Shown here piece after piece: positions 24,876 through 34,073 of a stretch of DNA of 64,000 nucleotides (positions within the stretch are counted from its first letter, which is position 1; each line of letters starts with the position of its first letter). The DNA lies in the IMG/VR virus record IMGVR_UViG_3300035562_000082, positions 53,595 to 117,594 of that record; one strand, given 5' to 3'. A program made the translations under genes and the position numbers. The stretch is from a virus (lineage: Duplodnaviria; Caudoviricetes). Under the pieces are notes generated by a model. It searched no databases, had not been told where the DNA came from, and saw only the letters and a program-made list of their open reading frames with translations.

Positions 24876-25187
24876 ATGGCCCTTACCGTTAGCGTGAAGG
24901 AAACCACGACTGTAGTTGGTACAGGGTCTCTTACGTTGTTGGGTGCGGTTTTGAATTCCAGGGCATTTGCTAAGGTTTTGGCAAGTGGAGCCCGTGTGTT
25001 GTACCGTATTGATGATGGGGTTGGGGCCTGGGAACGAGGAGTTGGGACGTTTTTGGCCCCGATGACGCTTACCCGAGAGCAGGTTATAAGCTCAAGCAAT
25101 AACAATCAACAAGTTAGCTTTAGAGCTGGGGTTAAGACCGTCTCAGCGGCGGTTGATGTAACGGCTCTTGATCAAAAGCAGAGGTAA
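24876..25187 (+). CDS. Tail-accessory protein paralog (VKETTT-x-x-GTG family) displaced into the head module
   Basis: Aligns by eye with 51226-51669 and 52876-53232 (ETTT..GTG..TLLGA, WE-x-G-x-GT, SSN-x3-V-x-F-x-AG). Confidence 0.7.
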   Translation: MALTVSVKETTTVVGTGSLTLLGAVLNSRAFAKVLASGARVLYRIDDGVGAWERGVGTFLAPMTLTREQVISSSNNNQQVSFRAGVKTVSAAVDVTALDQKQR

Positions 25188-25195
25188 CTTCGTAT

Positions 25196-25561
25196 TTGAC
25201 CAAAGCCAAAGCTGGAAATGTTCCGTTTGTACTGGTAATTGGAACGTGGTGGGGAGTTTATCAGTCTGGCCATCAAGCAGCAGCGGCACAAGCAGAATCC
25301 GATATGCTCACAGCGGTGGCGAATTTTGGTGATCCAACGGTCATTGGCTACAGTATTATGACCGATGGAGGTGCAGGGGCTGCTGGGTCAAACACATACT
25401 CGTGGATTACAGGTAATTCATCAACAGCATCACCAAATGGTAGCGGGAATTCCGATACACATGTTTCTTCCGTTAATTCGCATATGACTTATCGAGGCCA
25501 GTTGTATTTCGCCCGACGAATAGCACATGCAGTTCATTCAATCTTTAGTCGATTGAATTGA
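25196..25561 (+). pseudogene. Possible C-terminal fragment of an SGNH-hydrolase-like domain
   Basis: Weak TTG start; WITG...GNSD...SHMTYRGQLYFARRIA resembles the SGNH C-terminal block; no GDS motif; AT-rich. Confidence 0.3.
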
Positions 25562-25590
25562 TGGCCGTGCAATCAATTGCCAGGAGCCGA

Positions 25591-26178
25591 ATGATGTCCA
25601 AGTTGGTGTTCAAGGCCGACCAGCCTGAGCAGCATCTGGCGTACGGCGAGGTCTACGCGCCCGATCGCCCGGATGCCCAGGGTGAGTTCATGCGCGCCGA
25701 TCACATTCAGAAAATGGCGCATGAGTTTGTGCGCAAGGGCCGCATGCAGCAGATTGACGTGATGCACAACAATCAGCTTGTAGATGGCTTGTGCATCGTT
25801 GAGTCGTTCATCGCGCGTAAAGGCGACCCAGATTTTATTGAGGGCTCATGGGTCATCGGCATGCACGTGCCGGATGAAGATCTATGGTCGCAGATCAAGA
25901 AGGGTGAGATCAACGGTTTTAGCATGGAGGCGTTGGTCACGCGTCACCCGCAGGATGTACAGATTGACCTTCCGCCCGTGGTCACGGGTATGACCAGCAA
26001 GAGCGAGGACCACGAGCACAAGTTCTTTGTCAGCTACAAGGACGACGGGTCATTTCGAGGTGGAATAACGGATTTTGTGAACGGTCATCAGCATAAGATC
26101 TTGGCCGGCACACACACTGAGGAAGTGGCGGGGCACAGTCATCGGTTCTCGTCCGTGGACGTGCTCAAAATCGTGTGA
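25591..26178 (+). CDS. XkdF-like prohead serine protease with His-rich C-terminal repeats
   Basis: YGEVYAPD-x-PDAQGE, IDVMHN, VESFIA, GSWV, IKKGEINGFSME; HEH/HQH/HSH repeats. Confidence 0.85.
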   Translation: MMSKLVFKADQPEQHLAYGEVYAPDRPDAQGEFMRADHIQKMAHEFVRKGRMQQIDVMHNNQLVDGLCIVESFIARKGDPDFIEGSWVIGMHVPDEDLWSQIKKGEINGFSMEALVTRHPQDVQIDLPPVVTGMTSKSEDHEHKFFVSYKDDGSFRGGITDFVNGHQHKILAGTHTEEVAGHSHRFSSVDVLKIV

Positions 26179-26219
26179 CGTTGTTCGGTGCTCGGTGGAG
26201 CGCTAGACTCGACGGGCTC

Positions 26220-27749
26220 ATGGGACGGATCACCGCCAAGCTCAAGGAACTACGCAACGTCGATGTGGCGATTGTGTCGTTGGTTGATCGTGCGGCTTCG
26301 CGCATGCCCATTCGGATTTTGAAGCGCGATAAGGACCCACAAATGATTGACCTGTCGGGCATTGGTCGAACGCTTAAACGCGCGGTGCAGAAACACGAAC
26401 CTCCGGCGATTGCGGGGTTCATCGTGTTGGACAATCCAGACCCGGTGTTCATGGAGAACGTGCAGAAGGCCGTTAAGGATCACGGGTTTTCGATTGAACA
26501 CGTGACCAAGCACGATGATGGCACGGTGGTGTTCGCGCAGGACGATCAACCGGTTGAAGGCACGCTCCTGCGGTTGAGCGATCAACTGCTGGTGGTGATG
26601 AAGGGTTTTGATCAATATAGCGAGGATCTGCGGGAGAACGCGGACTTCAATGAACTGGTGGCGGCCAATGGGTTTTTCGCCGGATTGGCCGGCGCTATTC
26701 AAGCGCTGTACAGCACGATCTGCGCGGCGTTGGAAGACGCGGATTCACCGATGGACGCTGGCCCGGATGTAAAGGACGCGCTGGGCAAGTTCAGTGGGTA
26801 CGTGCAGACCTTGGTTTCGAGCTTGCCGTCCAACGCCTTCAAGTTGGACCACGTGCTTCAAGACCTTGCTCGGAAGGCCGCCGAGGCGAAGAATTCGCCT
26901 ATCGATCTGAAGAAGATCCCGACTACCTGCCCGAAGGGCATCAGTCAGAACGACTGGGATGCACTGGATGACACGGCTAAGCTCAAATGGGTGGCCGACA
27001 GCACAAATTCTCCTGCCCCTGGAACCACACAGAAGGCTGATATGAAGAAAATCGACAGCAATACGATGTTGGAAATCGAGGAGTTGATGAAGCAACCTCC
27101 TCTGGGCAGCGACGGCACCAAGTGGGTGAGTATGTCCCTGGGTGACAAGGTCGAGGCTTGGAAAGCCAGCTTTGTGAACGCCAACAACCAGGGTGCTCAA
27201 GACGGCAAAAACGGCACTCAAGGTGGAGTGCAGATCGACGTAAGCAATCCAACGGCCAAAGCGCCGTCGGTCAAGGCCGGGGATAAGGGCGCGGTAACCG
27301 ACCCAACCCAAGGAGGTACGACGGCCGTCAAAGCCGACAACGGTGATGACGATGATGATGGTCCTGAAAAACCGGAGGACATGTCCCCGGAAGACTGGGA
27401 TGCGCTGTCCGATGAGGACAAGATGAAGGCCAGCAAACGCGATCACCGGAGGAAGCGCGATGCGGCGTTGACCGCCGTGGTCTCCAGTGTCGCGGCGCTG
27501 GCTCAACAGGTCACGGGCTTGACCACGAAGTTCGATGAACAGGTCAAGGCCATGACCACCAAGATTGACGACGCGGCTCGGAAGTCCGATGATGCACTGG
27601 CAAAAATCAAGAGCGTGGTTCCCGCTGCACCACCGGCTGATGATCGTCCGGCCAATGGCGGGGGTAAGACCCCGGCTCGGAAAGCCGATGACGATCCGCG
27701 TTCAGGGGCTTTTGATACGGCGTTTTTGCCGAATCGTGGACGCAGGTAG
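26220..27749 (+). CDS. Capsid scaffolding/assembly protein
   Basis: Lies between protease and capsid; VSLVDRAA N-terminal motif; acidic low-complexity and coiled-coil regions. Confidence 0.7.
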   Translation: MGRITAKLKELRNVDVAIVSLVDRAASRMPIRILKRDKDPQMIDLSGIGRTLKRAVQKHEPPAIAGFIVLDNPDPVFMENVQKAVKDHGFSIEHVTKHDDGTVVFAQDDQPVEGTLLRLSDQLLVVMKGFDQYSEDLRENADFNELVAANGFFAGLAGAIQALYSTICAALEDADSPMDAGPDVKDALGKFSGYVQTLVSSLPSNAFKLDHVLQDLARKAAEAKNSPIDLKKIPTTCPKGISQNDWDALDDTAKLKWVADSTNSPAPGTTQKADMKKIDSNTMLEIEELMKQPPLGSDGTKWVSMSLGDKVEAWKASFVNANNQGAQDGKNGTQGGVQIDVSNPTAKAPSVKAGDKGAVTDPTQGGTTAVKADNGDDDDDGPEKPEDMSPEDWDALSDEDKMKASKRDHRRKRDAALTAVVSSVAALAQQVTGLTTKFDEQVKAMTTKIDDAARKSDDALAKIKSVVPAAPPADDRPANGGGKTPARKADDDPRSGAFDTAFLPNRGRR

Positions 27750-27779
27750 AGACCGGGACCTCACTTTAAACAAGGACGC

Positions 27780-28736
27780 ATGATGAACAACCAGGAATTG
27801 ATTCAAAAAGCCGACATGGCGCTATCGGACCTTGCAACGGCCGGCCGGTTGAACCCCGAACAGACCGATCAATTCATTCGCACGTTGATCGATCAACCAA
27901 CGATGCTGGCGGTGTGCCGGACTGTGGCCATGACCAGTTTCGAGATGAAGATCAACAAACTGGGATTCGGCAGTCGAATCATGCGTCCCCCGGTGTTTAA
28001 CTCCGACGGCAGTAACGCCGCGTTGGCATCGGCCGATCGCGTTAAGCCCGACCTGGGGCAGGTGAAGCTCGATACCCAAGAGGTGATGGCCGAGATCCAG
28101 CTTCCGTACCAAGTGATCGAGGACAACATCGAGCGCGGGAACATCAACGTACCGTTGCAAACTGGGGCCGGAGGTCTGCATCAGACGATCGTGGATCTGA
28201 TTGCCGAACGAGCGGCGCTGGACCTGGAAGAACTGGGCATTCGTGGCGACACCACGTCGGCCGATACGTATCTGGCGTTGCTCAATGGCTTCATGAAGCT
28301 GGCGACGGCGAATGTCGTGAACGTCGGTGGGGCGTTCGACAAGAACGCGGTCAAGGCCGCGCTGAAGACCATGCCCACGCGGTATCTACGGAACCGCGCG
28401 GCGCTCCAGCATTTCGTGTCCGTGGACAACGAGACGGAGATCCGTGATCAGTACGGCAGTCGGCAGACGGCCCTGGGTGATCAGCAGGTGCAGGGGGTGT
28501 TGCCGGTGTACATCTTCGGCAGCCGCTGCACGCCCGTGGCGCTGATGCCGGGTGATCAAGGGCTGTTTTCGGACCCAATGAACTTCATCTTCGGTATCCA
28601 GCGGAACATCATGATCGAGTACACGAAGGACATTCGTGCCCGGGTGTTCATCGTGGTGCTGACCTGTCGGGTGGCGTTCAATATCGAAGAAGTCAACGCC
28701 GTCACCAAGTACACTGGCCTTCAAGGCAGCCGCTAG
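27780..28736 (+). CDS. Major capsid protein (HK97 fold)
   Basis: 318 aa; GRLNPEQ-x2-FI, IEDNIE, DLEELGI-x-GD, NFIFGIQRNI; followed by a terminator. Confidence 0.88.
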   Translation: MMNNQELIQKADMALSDLATAGRLNPEQTDQFIRTLIDQPTMLAVCRTVAMTSFEMKINKLGFGSRIMRPPVFNSDGSNAALASADRVKPDLGQVKLDTQEVMAEIQLPYQVIEDNIERGNINVPLQTGAGGLHQTIVDLIAERAALDLEELGIRGDTTSADTYLALLNGFMKLATANVVNVGGAFDKNAVKAALKTMPTRYLRNRAALQHFVSVDNETEIRDQYGSRQTALGDQQVQGVLPVYIFGSRCTPVALMPGDQGLFSDPMNFIFGIQRNIMIEYTKDIRARVFIVVLTCRVAFNIEEVNAVTKYTGLQGSR

Positions 28737-28777
28737 TCCTCCACTCCTCCCCTCGTTTTTGCTAGTGGTTGCCCTTT

Positions 28778-28808
28778 GGCCCACCCGTTCAAGGTGGGCC
28801 TTGTTTTT
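28778..28808 (+). terminator. Rho-independent terminator after the capsid gene
   Basis: GGCCCACC-N7-GGTGGGCC followed by TTGTTTTT. Confidence 0.8.
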
Positions 28809-28877
28809 GACGGGGACTTGCAATTGATTGCCAGCGGCATATACTCCGACGTTTAACCCGGTTGAGGAGTGCTGCTG

Positions 28878-29297
28878 ATGGGCGTACAAACTGAGGTAAA
28901 ACCAGACTCAAAACCAGCGGTCAAAGGTGAATCACCAGCGAAAACCATTGATCTTGAGTTGGTGACGTACAAGCGCTATCATCGTGGCGGCAGGTTGTAC
29001 GTGGCTGAGCAGGCGTATCGATTTACCGAGGTTCAAGCAGCGATTTTGTTGGAGGAGGTTGACAATTCAAGTGGTCGTCCGGTGTGGCGGCGGTATAAAC
29101 CCAAGTCCGCAGCATCGGTGCCGGAGTTGGGGATCAAGAAGGTCACGGACAGCACGACGGCCAAGGTCGAGCGCATTGCCGACGATGAGATGCTATCAGA
29201 GGCGCCAAAGCGGATAGACATTGGATCCGATGCGGAGATCGCGGACATCCTTCAACAGGTGAACACCGATGAACCGGGTGAGGGTGTGACCGTCTGA
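28878..29297 (+). CDS. Hypothetical head-module protein
   Basis: GAGGAG RBS; position after the capsid gene. Confidence 0.65.
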   Translation: MGVQTEVKPDSKPAVKGESPAKTIDLELVTYKRYHRGGRLYVAEQAYRFTEVQAAILLEEVDNSSGRPVWRRYKPKSAASVPELGIKKVTDSTTAKVERIADDEMLSEAPKRIDIGSDAEIADILQQVNTDEPGEGVTV

Positions 29298-29304
29298 GAC
29301 GCTG

Positions 29305-30021
29305 ATGGCCTATCAGAAGATCTACGTTCATCCCAAGCGGGTGTTGGTTCGACTCCAGGTCAATCCTGAGTTGAAGGGCGTGGACGACGTACTGTTATCG
29401 GCCATCAGCGGTGCGCAGTTGCACATTGCGTCGATCCTTGACAGTCGGTTTGATCTTCAAACCTGGGATTGCGTGTACTACTTGGACAGTGAGGCGTTTT
29501 CTGGCCTACGACCGAACGGTCAATATCGGCTGGAAATTCCTTCGGGGTTTGTACGCCGGGACCAGCCGTTGACCGTGGGGTGGGACACCGATTGGCGCAT
29601 GCCCAATGAACAACCGGTGCCCTCCTCGGATTACCGATTGGATTACGTGCGGGGGCTGTTGTACATCGACGCTGGGCAGGTTAGCAGTGTGCCGAAGGTC
29701 ATTGGTTTCGACTGGGCCAACAGTCAGTCTTCACAATACGGGGGGTACGGCGAGCGTCATATCCATGTACAGTGCACCACGGGCTTTAAAGAAACGGATA
29801 TTGATGATCTTGAGGACAAGCCAAAGGACCCGCTCCCGGATTGGACGGAGGAGGCAATCATTTCCTACGTGGGGGTTGTCCTGGATGTTTCGCAGACGAC
29901 CAATCGTCAACAGACGGCATCGGCGTTGTACAAACGTGCGGGTGATCATGCGATGTCGATCATCGCGCCGTACAACCGTCGTAAGGGCCTGACTTTTCGG
30001 CCGTTGTACACCAACACATGA
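29305..30021 (+). CDS. Head-tail adaptor
   Basis: Synteny; YRLDYVRGLL and TTGF...LPDW patterns typical of gp6-like adaptors. Confidence 0.6.
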   Translation: MAYQKIYVHPKRVLVRLQVNPELKGVDDVLLSAISGAQLHIASILDSRFDLQTWDCVYYLDSEAFSGLRPNGQYRLEIPSGFVRRDQPLTVGWDTDWRMPNEQPVPSSDYRLDYVRGLLYIDAGQVSSVPKVIGFDWANSQSSQYGGYGERHIHVQCTTGFKETDIDDLEDKPKDPLPDWTEEAIISYVGVVLDVSQTTNRQQTASALYKRAGDHAMSIIAPYNRRKGLTFRPLYTNT

Positions 30022-30467
30022 CGTTGCTGGCGACCCGGGTTGAGGGCCAGCAACAGCTTCAGCATAAGCTGCTGGCGTTGACCACGGCGTTGGATGTTCA
30101 AACGCTGTTGGATCAAAGTGCGTCGCTGTTGTTGCACAACATCATGTTCAGGTTTCTCCGGGCGGTTGATACTCAAGGTCAGGCGTTTGCACCGATCACT
30201 CCTGCCCGAGAACAGGTCAAGGAGAAACTGTATGGCGATAAGTCAACGCCGTTGTTTGCCAGTGGTAAGCTCTTTCACTCGCTTCAGGTGTTCCAAGTAG
30301 GGGCGGATAGTCGAGGTATTGGAACGGACGTACCGTATGGAAAGTTCCATCAGTTTGGGACCATTAAGTTGCCGGTTCGGGAGTTCCTGGGCTTTAGTAA
30401 ACCCGATATCCAGGTTGTGCAGGATCTGTTGATCCATCGGGTGGTGGAGGCGCTGAGAGTTCAATGA
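30018..30467 (+). CDS. Virion morphogenesis / tail completion protein (Mu gpG-like)
   Basis: L-x2-SG-x-L-x2-S, IGTDVPYGKFHQFGT, LPVREFLG. Confidence 0.85.
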   Translation: MTLLATRVEGQQQLQHKLLALTTALDVQTLLDQSASLLLHNIMFRFLRAVDTQGQAFAPITPAREQVKEKLYGDKSTPLFASGKLFHSLQVFQVGADSRGIGTDVPYGKFHQFGTIKLPVREFLGFSKPDIQVVQDLLIHRVVEALRVQ

Positions 30468-30934
30468 AACCCGAGACGTTGGTAACCGAGTGTGTGGAGG
30501 CCCTGAAGGTCATTTTGCAGACCGTGCCGTTGTTGAAGGACAAGGTGCTGTTTGTGACCGATGAAGATGATTTGATGACCCAGATGAAGGGCATCATCGC
30601 CCTTCCGGCGGCGGGTATTATTTACGACGGCATGAAGTCCCGAGAGTCCCAGGGTGAGACCGCGAAATTCGGGTTGTCGGCGGACATGGTGTTCACCGTG
30701 GTGGTGATCAACCGTGGGATTGCCATTGTGGCGAATGAACAAACGAAGATCACGTCCATTGCGTTGTTGGATCAAGTTCGGAATTCGATCATGACCATCC
30801 GTAGTCCTACGGGGCACTTCTGGCGGTTTGTGGTTGAGGCCGCAGCCGCCCAACATGATGGCGTGGTGTTCTGGGTGCAGCGTTGGAGTACGCCCGTACA
30901 ACTTGCGCCAAATCCTCCAAGGCCCTCCAACTAG
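30464..30934 (+). CDS. Tail terminator-like protein
   Basis: Synteny and size; PAAGIIY-x-G. Confidence 0.55.
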   Translation: MKPETLVTECVEALKVILQTVPLLKDKVLFVTDEDDLMTQMKGIIALPAAGIIYDGMKSRESQGETAKFGLSADMVFTVVVINRGIAIVANEQTKITSIALLDQVRNSIMTIRSPTGHFWRFVVEAAAAQHDGVVFWVQRWSTPVQLAPNPPRPSN

Positions 30935-31012
30935 GTTGTTAGGTGCCGGTGGCGGTACTACACTGGCTGGGCCTAAAGACGGGCTTCCGTCTTGGTCATT
31001 GGAGATCAGACC

Positions 31013-32239
31013 ATGCTTGAAATTGTCGGCTCACTGGGATACGGCGGAGAACGGCTGAACACGCGCCTTCCGAAGATCCTTGCAGAACTGCAAGGATTGA
31101 CGGTGAGCGGGCCGCTAACTGGCGCAGGTGCAAATACAACGATTTCTGTGCCGGAAGGCATTGATATTCAAGACACGATCCTCAAGTGCCTGGAGTTCAC
31201 GTCCGGTGTGCCGTCGGACATCACGAGCACGATTTCCATCGTCAGTGATCAGGCGCAGGGGACGATCACGTTGACCACCGGATTGGTGGCCGGCGATGTA
31301 GTGAAGGTCAACGGCAAGTCCTATACGGCGGTGGCGGGTGTACCGAGTAACACCAACCCGTTGGTCGGCGTTGGGACGTTCATCGACGGTGTGGCGATTG
31401 CCGCGCTGTCGCGCACGGCCGATCAGATTGTGGCCATGCAGGCACTGGGATTTGGTTATGCCCAGGCAGCGGCGTTGGTGGCCGCTGGTCAACTACCGAT
31501 GGCCGCAGCCAGTTTGGCGTTGGCCATCAGCGGCAATGATTCCAGTACGTTGTACGCCACAACCGCCGCTGGTGCGGTGGTGACGGTTGTTGCTCGGGCA
31601 GAGGGTACGGCCGGTAACAGCATTACGCTGGACGTTAGTTTGTCGAACAGCCATGCCACGCGTTCGGGCGCGACGTTGACCGGTGGTGCGGCGGGCAATG
31701 CCTACGGCACGATCACGTTGGCCAGTGCGGCGGTCAACGACACAGTGACGGTCGATGGTCAGACGTTCACGGCCGTTGCCAGTGGCAGTCCGTTGACTAA
31801 GAACCAGTTTGTGGGCGGCACGGTGACCGCGCAGGATCTGATGAACCTCGGGTATTTGCAAGGTGCGGCCAACGCTATTCTGGCGGTCAGTAACGACGCC
31901 GCTGCGGCGACGGTTCTTGCACATCAGATCGAGGCGAATGACGAAGCACGGGTGTCGGCCAACAACGGATTGCCGGTTGGCCCGAACGGTGAAATCCTGT
32001 TTAACATCACGAACACTCAAGCGGGCAACGCTACGGCGGTTGTGACGGTCACCGCGACGTTCACGGGTGCAGCGGCCAATGCCATTGTGTTGACCAGCGG
32101 CAATGGCACGCGCGAGGCCGTGAGCGGCAGTGGGACGTTGACCGCTGCGTCGCACGGTATTCAGAGTACCAGCAGTACCACCGGCAACACCTTGTTGTTA
32201 TGGTGGTACAAGAAGTCCCGCGTGGTCGGTCAAGCCTGA
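31013..32239 (+). CDS. Ala/Gly/Thr-rich virion structural protein with an internal duplication
   Basis: Two copies of GTITL...GD-x-V-x-V-x-G-x-x-[YF]TAV...VVTV-x-A-x3-G-x-A-x-N-x-I-x-L. Confidence 0.65.
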   Translation: MLEIVGSLGYGGERLNTRLPKILAELQGLTVSGPLTGAGANTTISVPEGIDIQDTILKCLEFTSGVPSDITSTISIVSDQAQGTITLTTGLVAGDVVKVNGKSYTAVAGVPSNTNPLVGVGTFIDGVAIAALSRTADQIVAMQALGFGYAQAAALVAAGQLPMAAASLALAISGNDSSTLYATTAAGAVVTVVARAEGTAGNSITLDVSLSNSHATRSGATLTGGAAGNAYGTITLASAAVNDTVTVDGQTFTAVASGSPLTKNQFVGGTVTAQDLMNLGYLQGAANAILAVSNDAAAATVLAHQIEANDEARVSANNGLPVGPNGEILFNITNTQAGNATAVVTVTATFTGAAANAIVLTSGNGTREAVSGSGTLTAASHGIQSTSSTTGNTLLLWWYKKSRVVGQA

Positions 32240-32258
32240 TAACCTGAGGAGCTAAAAC

Positions 32259-33308
32259 ATGACCACGAGTTTTCACTGGAACCCTGTCAACCACTATTTC
32301 AGTGGTCAAGGACAGGTGTTGTTTGCTCTGCGGGACGCCAATGGCAATGCCCTGGGGTTCACGCCCGTGGGTAATTGTTCGTCGCTGAAGATCAGCCCGG
32401 CGGTGACCGTGCTTGATCACAAGGAGTCGTACAGCGGTCAGCGGGCGATCGACAAACGGCTGAACACCGAGACCAAGCCCACGGTTACGGCCAACATTCA
32501 GAACTGGATTGCCAACAACCTATCACGGGCTCTGCGTGGTGACTATGTGCCGATCGCCGCAGGGTCGGTGACGGCCGAGCAAGTTCCGGCGTGGCCTGGG
32601 TTGGTCAGCAGTTTGGCGCACATTCAGCCATCGTCGATCGTGGTTACCACGGGTGTACCGGCGACGTTGACCGAGTACTCAACACCCACTGCGGCGTACG
32701 ATTATCAAGTCAACTACGACGCGGGGTCGGTGACGTTCAATAACCCTGGGGCAACGGGTGTTGCGGCGGTGAATCTGCCGGGCAATGTGTCGGCCGTGAC
32801 CATCGGCGCAACCACGGTGTTCACATGCGCAGCCGGTGCTCAACCGCCGATTGGCACACAGGTGCTGTTTGGTGGGTTTACCGGCACGAACGCCAGTGCG
32901 TTGAACGGCATATCGGCGATAGTGACCGCTAGTAGCAGTGGTAGTTTCACCGTGGCGATCGTGACGACCGGCGATACCATCACCGTGCCGTCGGCCGGGG
33001 CGTTTGCTACGTGGGCAGGTATGCCGGCGGTGGCAACGCTCAATGCCGCGTACAGCTACACCGCGCAGTACCTGACCAACAGCCTGACGCAGCCGATTAC
33101 CGAGGTGTGGTTGCGGTTTGAGGGCCTGAACACCGCCGAGTCCAATCAGCCGGTGGTGGTCGATGTATTCCGGTTCTCAACCGATCCACTCAAGGAACTG
33201 GACTTGATCAGCGACACCTTCAGTGAGTTTGCGCTGGAGGGTATTGCGCTGGCCGACGCTACGAAGCCCGTGGGCAGCCAGTTCTTTACCATCAAGGCCC
33301 TGCATTGA
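32259..33308 (+). CDS. Major tail tube protein
   Basis: YFSGQG-x-V, VGNCSSL, HKESYSGQR-x2-D, LRFEGLNTA; followed by a terminator and the chaperone. Confidence 0.85.
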   Translation: MTTSFHWNPVNHYFSGQGQVLFALRDANGNALGFTPVGNCSSLKISPAVTVLDHKESYSGQRAIDKRLNTETKPTVTANIQNWIANNLSRALRGDYVPIAAGSVTAEQVPAWPGLVSSLAHIQPSSIVVTTGVPATLTEYSTPTAAYDYQVNYDAGSVTFNNPGATGVAAVNLPGNVSAVTIGATTVFTCAAGAQPPIGTQVLFGGFTGTNASALNGISAIVTASSSGSFTVAIVTTGDTITVPSAGAFATWAGMPAVATLNAAYSYTAQYLTNSLTQPITEVWLRFEGLNTAESNQPVVVDVFRFSTDPLKELDLISDTFSEFALEGIALADATKPVGSQFFTIKALH

Positions 33309-33337
33309 TGTTGTAGAGATGGCAGGTGGTACAATCA

Positions 33338-33364
33338 AGGGGCTGTAAAGGCCCCTCTTTTTTT
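33338..33364 (+). terminator. Rho-independent terminator after the tail tube gene
   Basis: AGGGGC-N7-GCCCCT followed by CTTTTTTT. Confidence 0.75.
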
Positions 33365-33378
33365 CAACGGAGTGAACG

Positions 33379-33882
33379 ATGGTCATCAAGTACAAGCTGG
33401 CGAACTTGATCGACTTGACGGCGCAGGTTGCGTTGTCCGACGATCCGACGAGACCCAAGATGGAAGTCCGGGGACTACAACTACAGGAGGTGATTCCTCT
33501 GTTGTTGGAAAACCGAGATCTGTTTGTCACCGCGTGGTCGGCTATTCAAGCGGGTAAAACCCCGGTTCAACAATTTGGGGGGATCTTGGCCACGGCCCCG
33601 GAATTTGTGGCCGCGATATTGCAGAAGGCGTGTACGAACATCGAGCTTGAGGACGGTCAGAGCTTTGGGACCCTGCCGATGGGCGTGCAATTGATTGCCA
33701 TGGCCGAGGTGTTCAAGCTGACGTGCCCGGACCCAAAAAGGGTCGGCGAGTTGTTGTCCGAGGTGATGGGGCTGCTGCGCAAGAACGTGGACGAATCAAC
33801 AATCACGCCAGCACCCCTGAGCAACGGTACGAACGTGCAGGCCAACAACTCGCCACAAAACTTGCCGCAGACTACGAGCTAG
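33379..33882 (+). CDS. Tail assembly chaperone (gpG-like)
   Basis: Lies between tube and tape measure; contains a slippery site. Confidence 0.75.
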   Translation: MVIKYKLANLIDLTAQVALSDDPTRPKMEVRGLQLQEVIPLLLENRDLFVTAWSAIQAGKTPVQQFGGILATAPEFVAAILQKACTNIELEDGQSFGTLPMGVQLIAMAEVFKLTCPDPKRVGELLSEVMGLLRKNVDESTITPAPLSNGTNVQANNSPQNLPQTTS

Positions 33883-34073
33883 TAATCTCGTCTGGACATC
33901 GTGAAACGGAGGTCCTATCCTGGACGCCCAGGAAACTTGATACCGTGGTGTCGTTGGTGAACGATCGAAAGACCGTGGACGTACAAAACACGGCGGTGGC
34001 AATGCGCGTGGCCTTTGGCGCGGATAAGGATCAGTGGCTCAAGTTCTTGCACGGGGAAGAGGATGGCGACTGA
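33732..34073 (+). other. Programmed -1 frameshift site C CCA AAA (33732-33738) and gpT-like extension
   Basis: X XXY YYZ heptamer in the zero frame; the -1 frame is open to 34073 and overlaps the tape measure start. Confidence 0.7.

Noticed and set aside
31013-32239. Contractile tail sheath
   Set aside because: No sheath C-terminal motifs or baseplate wedge genes; the tip module is siphovirus-type
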